NCBI GenBank assembly: GCA_019244185.1
Contig: JAFATB010000020.1
Coordinates: 83,261 to 147,260, forward strand
Reading direction: 5' to 3'
Length of the DNA: 64,000 bases
Source: Acidobacteriota bacterium
GTDB taxonomy: Bacteria; Acidobacteriota; Thermoanaerobaculia; Gp7-AA8
Notes under the pieces: model-generated
Seen by the model: only the letters and a program-made list of their open reading frames with translations
What the model was told of the DNA's origin: nothing
Database searches by the model: none
Shown: piece after piece, positions 1 to 9,581 of the stretch
How the letters are laid out: each line of letters begins with the position of its first letter
Numbering within the stretch: position 1 is the first letter of the stretch
Made by a program: the position numbers and the translations under genes

Positions 1-1791
<1,791 letters not shown>

Positions 1792-1798
1792 CTCTCGC

Positions 1799-1960
1799 GT
1801 GGACGAGCACACCGAACCGACGACGCAAACGGAGCGGGAGGAAGAAACGCCTCCCGCTCCGGCTGTTTCTCCCGCGCCGGCCCCTTCCCCTGCCCCGCGC
1901 TGGCGCGCCGCCGAAGAGCCGACCTGCTGCGGTTCCGGCTGTCTGGACTGCCCGTTCTGA
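1799..1960 (+). CDS. 53-aa Pro-rich microprotein with C-terminal CCGSGCxxCP motif (DUF5522/oxidoreductase-like Cys motif)
   Basis: GTG just after the ftsH stop; ends EEPTCCGSGCLDCPF. Confidence 0.55.
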   Translation: MDEHTEPTTQTEREEETPPAPAVSPAPAPSPAPRWRAAEEPTCCGSGCLDCPF

Positions 1961-1971
1961 GGAGTTCCGCA

Positions 1972-2005
1972 GGTAGGGATTGGCCGATCTGACGCCTCTC
2001 CTTAT
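1972..2005 (+). promoter_or_regulatory. Copy 1 of bipartite motif GGTAGGGATT-N16-CTCCTTAT
   Basis: Exact 10-mer also at 23971-23980(-) and 54236-54245(-), each upstream of a start codon. Confidence 0.55.
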
Positions 2006-2007
2006 CG

Positions 2008-2754
2008 ATGGCAATCCTCGGCGCCGACACCCTCGCGAACGTCACGAACGATCTCGTCGGACAGGTGCGCGACCGCTACGGCGCCGCGCCGCAGTTCTGG
2101 GGGCGCTACTTCAAGCAGCCCGGCTTCGCGCAGGACTACCAGCCCGCAATCGAGAGTCCGGTCTTCGCGGCGAACGGTCTGCGCCTCCTGCCGATCGCGC
2201 GGCAGACGGGGCGCGTCGGCGGCAGCGCGAGCGACGGCGCGCAGGATGCGGTCGCGAACATCGACGCGTTCACGACCTCGCTCGGCCCCGACTTTCTCGC
2301 GAAGGTCGGCGGCGAGGCGCTGATGTTTCTCGACGTCGAAGGCACGAGCGCGCAGAACCCGAATCTCTCGCTCGACTACTGGATCGGCTGGTCGTCCGCG
2401 CTCGTCGCGCACAGCCGCCGCACCATCGGCGGCGGCTTCACGATGATTCCCGGCGTTTACTGCCGCCAGAACCAGGCGCCGACGTGGACCGCCATCGCCA
2501 CCGCCGACACGCTCGGCTTTCCGTGCGCAGGCGCGTGGGTCTTTCGCGCGCGCAACAACGCGTGCACGAATCCGATCCCGAACTGGGACGCCGCGTTCAA
2601 CACGCCGGCGGTCGCGCTCCCCTGCCCGATCCTGCTCTGGCAGTTCGCGATCGACTGCCTCGTGCCGGACGGCATCGACTTCGACATGGTCAATCCCGAC
2701 CCGGCGGCGACGAACGCGTTGCTGACGCGACTCCTCCTGCCGATGCCGCGGTAG
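2008..2754 (+). CDS. DUF1906/GH25-like glycoside hydrolase (putative peptidoglycan hydrolase), no signal peptide
   Basis: FWGRY, LRLLPI, FLDVEG, PGVY and LWQF motifs typical of Rv2525c-like TIM barrels. Confidence 0.65.
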   Translation: MAILGADTLANVTNDLVGQVRDRYGAAPQFWGRYFKQPGFAQDYQPAIESPVFAANGLRLLPIARQTGRVGGSASDGAQDAVANIDAFTTSLGPDFLAKVGGEALMFLDVEGTSAQNPNLSLDYWIGWSSALVAHSRRTIGGGFTMIPGVYCRQNQAPTWTAIATADTLGFPCAGAWVFRARNNACTNPIPNWDAAFNTPAVALPCPILLWQFAIDCLVPDGIDFDMVNPDPAATNALLTRLLLPMPR

Positions 2755-2785
2755 TATCATTCGCCGCGTCCGCTTCCCAAAAAAA

Positions 2786-3937
2786 ATGAAAGCCGTACTC
2801 GCCGCTCTCGCGTCACTGCTGTTCCTCGCCTCGTGCGCGCACGAGAGCCAGTGGGATCAGGTCTCCGTCGCGCACAAGCGCATTCACCTCGCGCCGTGCG
2901 GCGCGACGCCCGCGGTCGCCGGCGTCGCGGGCGTGAACGCCGATCCGACCGAGGTGTATCTCGGCGACTGGCTCGTCGTCGGCGTCTGCCAGCTCGACGC
3001 GCTCGAGAAAACCGCGAACGCGGAACAGCAGCCGATCACGCTCTTCATCAACGGCATCGACAGCGGCAACGTGCCGGCGGGGATCGACTACGACCGCGGC
3101 ACGCTCACGTTCGTCGTCGACCGCAACGAATCGAACAAAGGGCTCTGGCAGCCGCTCCTCTACGACCCGCTGTTCGACCGCATGACCAGCATGCACATCA
3201 GCGTGGGCATCAAGGGGAACAAGCCGCTGCCGCGCGCCGAGCACGCGCAGACGATCGTGCGGCTCAACAAGCTGTATCTCGACTGGACGTCGATCGTCTG
3301 GCTGCTGCTGCTCCTCGCGATCGTCATCATCCTGGTGGTCTTCGCGCGCCGCTCGGACATGCTGCGCGAGGCGCCGTCCGCCGCGGGCATCCGCGCGCCG
3401 TTCAGCCTCGGCCGCTCGCAGATGGCGTGGTGGTTCTTCCTCATCGTCTTCGGCTACATCTTCATCTGGCTCATCACCGGCGATCGCGATTCGATCCCGC
3501 CGTCGCTCCTCGGCCTCATGGGCATCAGCGCCGCGACGGGCCTCGCCGCGTACGCCGTCGGCACGCGCAACGATCGCCGCGAGGCGCAGCGCAAACGCCT
3601 CGACGACGAGATCGCCGTCGTCGATCAGGCGCTCACCGACCCGGCAGCGAATCGCACCGAGCTCGAGGCCATGCGCGCGAAGCTCGTCACGCAACGCGCG
3701 AACCTGCCGCCGTTCCCCGCGTCCGCCGGCTGGTGGCACGACCTCGTGCGCGACGAGCGCGGCGTCTTCGCCCTCGACCGCTTTCAGATGGTCGTCTGGA
3801 CGGTCATCCTCGGCGGGCTCTTTCTCACGTCGGTGATCTGGGAGCTCACCATGCCGGAGTTCAGCGCCACGATGCTGGCGCTCGTCGGCATCAGCTCGGG
3901 CACCTACATCGGCTTCAAGTTGCCGCCGCCGAAGTGA
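2786..3937 (+). CDS. Uncharacterised membrane protein with lipoprotein-like signal and duplicated transmembrane module
   Basis: LASC lipobox; two modules SLGRSQMAWW...LLGLMGISAATG and ALDRFQMVVW...LALVGISSGTY. Confidence 0.75.
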   Translation: MKAVLAALASLLFLASCAHESQWDQVSVAHKRIHLAPCGATPAVAGVAGVNADPTEVYLGDWLVVGVCQLDALEKTANAEQQPITLFINGIDSGNVPAGIDYDRGTLTFVVDRNESNKGLWQPLLYDPLFDRMTSMHISVGIKGNKPLPRAEHAQTIVRLNKLYLDWTSIVWLLLLLAIVIILVVFARRSDMLREAPSAAGIRAPFSLGRSQMAWWFFLIVFGYIFIWLITGDRDSIPPSLLGLMGISAATGLAAYAVGTRNDRREAQRKRLDDEIAVVDQALTDPAANRTELEAMRAKLVTQRANLPPFPASAGWWHDLVRDERGVFALDRFQMVVWTVILGGLFLTSVIWELTMPEFSATMLALVGISSGTYIGFKLPPPK

Positions 3938-4295
3938 GCGCCTTCACGAGCTTCTTCGGCGCGATGGCGCGGAAGCTCTCGTCGATCCACGCTTTCATGA
4001 GGTCCATCGGCACGTCGTTCACTTTCGAGAAGCGCGCGCTGACCCAGCCGTGCTTGCCCATGCCGTAGCCGGTCGGCTCGGCGAACGGCAGATCGACGGC
4101 GATGTCGCGCGACTGCGGCAGCTTCACGGAGAGCGAGAGCTCGCCGGGACTCGAGGAGCCGCCGAGGAACACGAAGACTTTTTCTTTGACCTTGATGGCG
4201 CGATGGCCCCACGGATGGTCCTCGCGCGTCTCGGGGAACGTCAGCGCGTAATCGCGCAGCTCCAGCTCCAGCGACTCCAGCGTCTTCTTCGCCAT
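3915..4295 (-). CDS. MmcQ/YjbR family protein
   Basis: EDHPWG, KVKEKVF and GYGMGKHGWV motifs. Confidence 0.85.
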   Translation of the reverse strand: MAKKTLESLELELRDYALTFPETREDHPWGHRAIKVKEKVFVFLGGSSSPGELSLSVKLPQSRDIAVDLPFAEPTGYGMGKHGWVSARFSKVNDVPMDLMKAWIDESFRAIAPKKLVKALTSAAAT

Positions 4296-4317
4296 GATGC
4301 GGCTATCATCGCGCGCG

Positions 4318-5337
4318 ATGCGCAAACGCGTCTACATCGTCTATACGGGCGGGACGATCGGCATGCGGCGGACGAAGGACGGCTATCAGCCGGACTCCGG
4401 ATCGCTGCAGGCGCAGATGGCGGAGATGCCGGAGCTGCGGCACGCGTCGATGCCGTCGTACGACATCCACGAATACCGGCCGCTGCTCGACTCCTCGAAC
4501 ATGACGCCGCGCGAATGGATCGCCATCGCGCGCGACATCGAGGCGCAGTACGAGCGCTACGACGGCTTCGTCGTGCTGCACGGCACGGACACGATGGCGT
4601 ACACCGCGTCCGCGCTGCCGTTCCTCCTCGGCGGCCTGCGCAAGCCGGTCATCATCACCGGCTCGCAGATCCCGCTCTGCGAGATCCGCAACGACGCGCG
4701 CGAGAACCTCATCACCTCGCTCATGCTCGCGGCGAGCTACGCGATCCCGGAAGTCTGCTTGTACTTCGGCGGCAAGCTGCTGCGCGGTTGTCGCGCGACG
4801 AAGGTGAGTGCGGACGGCTTCGCCGCGTTCGACTCGCCGAACTTTCCTCCGCTCGGCACCGTCGGCATCGACATCGACGTCAACTGGGATCTCGTGCGCA
4901 AGCCGCGCGGCGCGGCGAAGCTCGACGTGCCGGAGCTCGCGCGTCCCGTCGTCAGCGCGCTGCGCCTCTTCCCCGGCATCTCGCCCGAGCTCGTGCGCAA
5001 CGTGCTCCGTCCGCCGCTGCAGGGACTCGTGCTCGAAGCGTACGGCGTCGGCAACGGCCCCGATCAGGACGCGGCGTTTCTCGACGTGCTCGCGGACGCC
5101 GCCGCGCGCGGCGTGGTCATCGTCGACTGCACGCAATGCCTCGAAGGCAGCGTCGACCTCGGCGAGTACGCGGCCGGCTCGGCGCTCGCGCGCGCGGGCG
5201 TCGTCAGCGGCTTCGATCTCACCGCGGAGGCGGCGCTGGCGAAGCTCTATTACCTCTTCGGGCGCGGCTACAAACCGGAGCGCGTGAAGAAGGAGATGCA
5301 GAAGGATTTACGGGGAGAACTGACGCTGCGCGCTTAG
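4318..5337 (+). CDS. ansA: Type I (cytoplasmic) L-asparaginase
   Basis: YTGGTIGM, LLDSSNM, HGTDTMAY, TGSQIP. Confidence 0.95.
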   Translation: MRKRVYIVYTGGTIGMRRTKDGYQPDSGSLQAQMAEMPELRHASMPSYDIHEYRPLLDSSNMTPREWIAIARDIEAQYERYDGFVVLHGTDTMAYTASALPFLLGGLRKPVIITGSQIPLCEIRNDARENLITSLMLAASYAIPEVCLYFGGKLLRGCRATKVSADGFAAFDSPNFPPLGTVGIDIDVNWDLVRKPRGAAKLDVPELARPVVSALRLFPGISPELVRNVLRPPLQGLVLEAYGVGNGPDQDAAFLDVLADAAARGVVIVDCTQCLEGSVDLGEYAAGSALARAGVVSGFDLTAEAALAKLYYLFGRGYKPERVKKEMQKDLRGELTLRA

Positions 5338-5362
5338 ACTTATCTCAGGAGGTTCCCCCCAC

Positions 5363-6277
5363 ATGGCTCGCCTGCTCTTCGACCGCGGAGCCCGCGGTGC
5401 GATCATTGCCGACATCCAGCAGCACCTCGCCGACGCCGGCCACCATTTCGACGACATCGACGGAATCTACGGACAGCAGACTGCCTCGTCCGTGCAGTCG
5501 TTCCAGCAGGCGAAGCAGATGCCGGTCACCGGTTCCATCGACACGACCACGTGGACGTCGCTCACGAACGAGCCGATCCCGTCGCTCGAACAGCGCTGCC
5601 TCGATCTGACCTCCACGTTCGAAGGACACGGGTTCACGCTCGCGCAGGGAAACTTCGACGGCGCCGGCATCACGTGGGGGATCATCGGCTTCACGCTGCA
5701 GGCGGGCGAGATCACGCAGCTCGTCGAAGCCGCATGCGCGCAGGACGCGGCGTTCGTGCGCGACTGCTTCGGCGATCAGACCGACGCGCTCCTGGCGATG
5801 CTGAAGGAAGCGTGGCCGCAGCAGCTCGCATGGGCCGATTCCGTGAGCCTCGGCTCACAGAAGGCGACGCTCGCCGAGCCGTGGAAGAGCGGCTTCGCGA
5901 AGCTCGGCGGCGCGAAATCCGTGCAGCAGCTGCAGCTCGACCGCGTGCGCGCCGCGTACTTTCAGCCCGCGCTCAGCACCGCTGCCGATTTCGATCTCAC
6001 CACGGAGCTCGGCGTCGCACTTTGCTTTGATATCCATGTGCAGAACGGCGGCATCCACCAGGACGCCGCGAAGGAAGTGCGCGCGCAGCTGAAGGCCGGC
6101 ATGAGCGAGGAAGACATCCGCGTGCTGATCGCGAACGCCGTCGCGGACCACGCGAACGAGGCGTGGCGTGAGGACGTGCGCAACCGGAAGCTGACCATCG
6201 CGAAGGGCAACGGCGTCGTGCACGGCATCACCGCCGTGCTGCGCAACTGGGGACTGGACGAGGTCGCGGCGACATAG
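5363..6277 (+). CDS. Peptidoglycan-binding domain fused to chitosanase(GH46)-like lysozyme-fold hydrolase
   Basis: N-terminal IDGIYG..T...V..FQ...VTG.ID..TW PG-binding motif; FEG...DGAGITWGIIGFT; YFQPA...FDIHVQNG; AGGAGG RBS. Confidence 0.7.
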   Translation: MARLLFDRGARGAIIADIQQHLADAGHHFDDIDGIYGQQTASSVQSFQQAKQMPVTGSIDTTTWTSLTNEPIPSLEQRCLDLTSTFEGHGFTLAQGNFDGAGITWGIIGFTLQAGEITQLVEAACAQDAAFVRDCFGDQTDALLAMLKEAWPQQLAWADSVSLGSQKATLAEPWKSGFAKLGGAKSVQQLQLDRVRAAYFQPALSTAADFDLTTELGVALCFDIHVQNGGIHQDAAKEVRAQLKAGMSEEDIRVLIANAVADHANEAWREDVRNRKLTIAKGNGVVHGITAVLRNWGLDEVAAT

Positions 6278-6330
6278 CGTCATCTACCGTCCGTAGAGCA
6301 TTCGACGCCGGTTGCTACAATCGAACGCGC

Positions 6331-7689
6331 GTGGCCAAGAAAGCCGTCATCTACTCCTGCACCGAATGCGGCGCTCAGGCCACGAAGTGGCTGGGGCGCT
6401 GTCCCGACTGTAACGCGTGGAACTCGTACGCGCAGGAAGACGTCGCGCCGAATGCTCCCGCGCAGCCGACGGCGCTCAGCGCCGGCTCGGCGCCGCAGCC
6501 GATCGGCGCGATCGACGCCGACGTCGCGCCGCGCGTCACGACGCGCATGCCGAGTCTCGACCGCGTTCTCGGCGGCGGCCTCGTCATCGGCGCGGTGACG
6601 CTCGTCGGCGGCGAGCCGGGTATCGGCAAATCCACGCTCCTCCTGCAGGTCGCCGAACAGCTCGCGCGCAACGGCCCCGTGCTCTACGTCTCCGGCGAAG
6701 AATCGCCGCGGCAGATCGCCATGCGCGCGCGGCGGCTCGGCACGACGAACGACGCCATTCGCCTCTTCACGGAAACGTCGGTCGAGCGCATTCTGGCCGA
6801 GGTCGAGAAACTGCAGCCGGTGGCACTGATCGTCGATTCGATTCAGACCGTGCACACGACCTCGAACCAATCGATGCCCGGCTCCATCGGCCAGGTGCGC
6901 GACTCCGCGGGCGTGCTGATGGCGGCGGCGAAGCGCCTCTCGCTGCCTGTATTTTTAATCGGCCACATCACGAAAGAAGGGACGATCGCCGGACCGAAGA
7001 CGCTCGAGCACATCGTCGACACGGTGCTCTACTTCGAAGGCGAGAAGTTTCAGAACTACCGCGTCGTGCGCGCGTACAAGAACCGCTTCGGCCCGGTGAA
7101 CGAGGTCGCGCTGTTCGAGATGCACGACGACGGGTTGGAAGAAGTTGCGAACCCGTCCGCCGCGCTGCTCTCGCAACGCAGTCAGTCGCCCGGCTCGGCG
7201 ATTCTCGTCGCCGTCGAAGGCACGCGTCCGCTGCTGCTCGAAGTGCAGGCGCTCGTTTCGCCGACGCACTTTCCGTCGCCGCGCCGCATGGCCATGGGCA
7301 TCGACGCGAACCGCGTCTCGCTGCTGCTCGCGGTGCTCGAGCGCAAGTCCGCGGGGACGTTCGTGCAGCACGACATCTACATCAATGTCGCCGGCGGCCT
7401 CACCATCGACGAACCGGCGCTCGACCTCGGCGTGGTCGCAGCCGTGCTCTCGTCGCAGCGCAACGTGCCGGTCGCGCACGATGTCGCACTCTTCGGCGAA
7501 GTCGGTCTCCTCGGCGAAATCCGCAGCGTCTCGCAGCCCGATCTTCGCGCGCGCGAAGCCGCGGCCCTCGGCTTCCGCCGCGTCATCGTGCCGCAGTCGA
7601 ATGCGACCGAGATTCGCGCCGACATCGAGACGCTGGCCGTGCGGCGCGTCGAAGACGTGGTCGGGCTGCTCTTCCCCGCCGCTCGCTGA
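6331..7689 (+). CDS. radA: DNA repair protein RadA/Sms
   Basis: C4 zinc finger, GEPGIGKST, KNRFG, Lon-like C-terminus. Confidence 0.97.
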   Translation: MAKKAVIYSCTECGAQATKWLGRCPDCNAWNSYAQEDVAPNAPAQPTALSAGSAPQPIGAIDADVAPRVTTRMPSLDRVLGGGLVIGAVTLVGGEPGIGKSTLLLQVAEQLARNGPVLYVSGEESPRQIAMRARRLGTTNDAIRLFTETSVERILAEVEKLQPVALIVDSIQTVHTTSNQSMPGSIGQVRDSAGVLMAAAKRLSLPVFLIGHITKEGTIAGPKTLEHIVDTVLYFEGEKFQNYRVVRAYKNRFGPVNEVALFEMHDDGLEEVANPSAALLSQRSQSPGSAILVAVEGTRPLLLEVQALVSPTHFPSPRRMAMGIDANRVSLLLAVLERKSAGTFVQHDIYINVAGGLTIDEPALDLGVVAAVLSSQRNVPVAHDVALFGEVGLLGEIRSVSQPDLRAREAAALGFRRVIVPQSNATEIRADIETLAVRRVEDVVGLLFPAAR

Positions 7690-7750
7690 ATGTCCCTTTA
7701 CAAAGGCGGACTTCCGCCCCTACACTCCCGCCTGTCGTTCCCTGGAGCCA

Positions 7751-8506
7751 ATGGAAGCCACAATTGCACGGTCGCGGTGGGTGGGCAGAGTTGCAGCGCT
7801 GCTCGTTCTACTCGTCTTCTTCGCGGCCTGCGCCACGCAGACCATCGTCGCCACCGCGCCTCCGCCGCCATCCGATGATGACGACTTCTCCGAGCTCATC
7901 GCCCAGCTGCGCACGGACCTGAACCGCCAGAACGGCCGCGTCGTCGCGAAGCAGCCGGCGCTCACGACGGCAGTCGACACGAAGCGGGAACGCGACAAGG
8001 AGTTCGCCGCGCGCGCGAAAGCGCTCTTCTCCGGCCTCGACGGCAGCACGCTCGAGATGCCGGTCGTCGGCGTGCACACCTACGACCTCAGCGACAGCTG
8101 GGGCGATCCGCGCGATGGCGGCGTGCGCAAGCACAAAGGCATCGACATCTTCGCGCCGAAAGGCACGCCTCTCGTCGCCGTCACCGACGGCATCGTCACC
8201 TACATCGGCGAGCAGCCGAAAGGCGGACGCTGCCTCTGGCTGTCGACCGAGAGCGGCACGTCGTTCTACTACGCCCACCTCGATCGCTGGGCCTCGGGAC
8301 TCTACGAGGGACTCGAAGTCCGCGCCGGCGATCTCCTCGGATACGTCGGCAACACCGGCAACGCGAAGTACACGCCGTCGCACCTCCACTTCGCCGTCAA
8401 CACGAACGACGAGATGGTGAACCCGTATCCGTATCTGACGAAGGCGACGTACGTCCGCAGCGCGCGCGTTGTGTTCGAATCCGCCGGCGCCCTCGGCACG
8501 CGCTGA
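7751..8506 (+). CDS. M23 family metallopeptidase lipoprotein
   Basis: FAAC lipobox; HKGIDIF, YAHL and HLHF motifs. Confidence 0.88.
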   Translation: MEATIARSRWVGRVAALLVLLVFFAACATQTIVATAPPPPSDDDDFSELIAQLRTDLNRQNGRVVAKQPALTTAVDTKRERDKEFAARAKALFSGLDGSTLEMPVVGVHTYDLSDSWGDPRDGGVRKHKGIDIFAPKGTPLVAVTDGIVTYIGEQPKGGRCLWLSTESGTSFYYAHLDRWASGLYEGLEVRAGDLLGYVGNTGNAKYTPSHLHFAVNTNDEMVNPYPYLTKATYVRSARVVFESAGALGTR

Positions 8507-8613
8507 GTCACGCGCAGCGCCCGTTCACGCCCAACCCCTGAAGAAGCCTGGGGCAACCAGCGCAGCCGGTCGGACCGGCCGGCTGGCATGCGCGTTGGAA
8601 GCGTTCGCTTTCC

Positions 8614-9573
8614 ATGCTCCTGCCCAACGACGCTTCCCTTCGCCGCGACGAGCTCCCGCAACTCCTCAACCTTCATCCGCGGGTGCTCGACGCGCTGATC
8701 GCGTCCGGAAGCGTGCAGGTGCAGCGCACCGACGGCGTCGAGCGCATCGCCGCCGCACAACTCGAACAACTCTTCCGCGACTCGCTGTTGCGTCTCTACT
8801 TCGCGCAGGCGCACAACGCCGCCATCGCGCCGCAAGCGCAGCCGCAGACATCCACCGAAGTGCAGCAGAAGGACGACGGCGCTTCCGACATCCTGCGCAC
8901 CGGCGACGAGCACGAGCTGCCCGCAACGCCGCGCGCCGATCTGCGCGCGGGCGAGCGTTACGTGCCGCGCCGCCAGCTCAGCGGCACGTTCCGCGACGTG
9001 AAGATGTTCGTGCTCCAGCTCTCGACCACGGGACTGCGCATCCGCCACGAGGAGCCGCTGCGTCCCGGCGACGAGGCGCGGCTCAGCTTCGGTCTCGTCA
9101 CGCCGCCGCAGGTCGTGCTGTTGCGCGCGAGCGTCGTCTGGACCAGCATCGCCCAGCGCGGCGACGGACCGTCGTACTACGTCAGCGGACTGCACGTGAC
9201 GGCGAATGCCGATCGTCTCGCGAACGCGCTGGCATTGCTCAATCACAACCGCGAGCTGCAGCGCGCGCAGAACGAGGCCAAGCGCCGCGGCGGTGCGCTG
9301 CCCGGCCCCGTGCTCGGTCTCTCCGACGACGACGTCGTCGCGATCATCCGCGCCGCGCGCAAACTCGCCACCGATCCGACGGAAGCGACGCGCTGGTACA
9401 CGCGCGCGCGCTTCGCGTATGCCGAGGAGGACGTGCGCAAGGTCGCGCCGCGCGGCGCGCGCGAACGCGAGGAAGTCCTCGGCGTGTGGGAGTACCTGCA
9501 GCGCCGCATCGACATCCCGAAAGTCGCGGGCGTGATGCAGTGGATCCGCAGCTCGCAGGCCGCGGCCGTCTGA
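8614..9573 (+). CDS. PilZ-like domain protein with N-terminal excisionase/HTH-like segment
   Basis: RAGER..(Q)LSTTG PilZ-type motifs; ASVVW beta strand. Confidence 0.6.
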   Translation: MLLPNDASLRRDELPQLLNLHPRVLDALIASGSVQVQRTDGVERIAAAQLEQLFRDSLLRLYFAQAHNAAIAPQAQPQTSTEVQQKDDGASDILRTGDEHELPATPRADLRAGERYVPRRQLSGTFRDVKMFVLQLSTTGLRIRHEEPLRPGDEARLSFGLVTPPQVVLLRASVVWTSIAQRGDGPSYYVSGLHVTANADRLANALALLNHNRELQRAQNEAKRRGGALPGPVLGLSDDDVVAIIRAARKLATDPTEATRWYTRARFAYAEEDVRKVAPRGAREREEVLGVWEYLQRRIDIPKVAGVMQWIRSSQAAAV

Positions 9574-9581
9574 GCTTCGCG

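Noticed and set aside
2008-6277. Prophage lysis cassette
   Set aside because: No phage structural, replication or integration genes; interspersed with ansA and yjbR
8584-8600. Sigma-54-like TGGCAT-N5-TTGG upstream of the PilZ-like gene, and GC hairpins in the same gap as a possible riboswitch
   Set aside because: -12 GC is replaced by GG; no c-di-GMP riboswitch consensus recognisable
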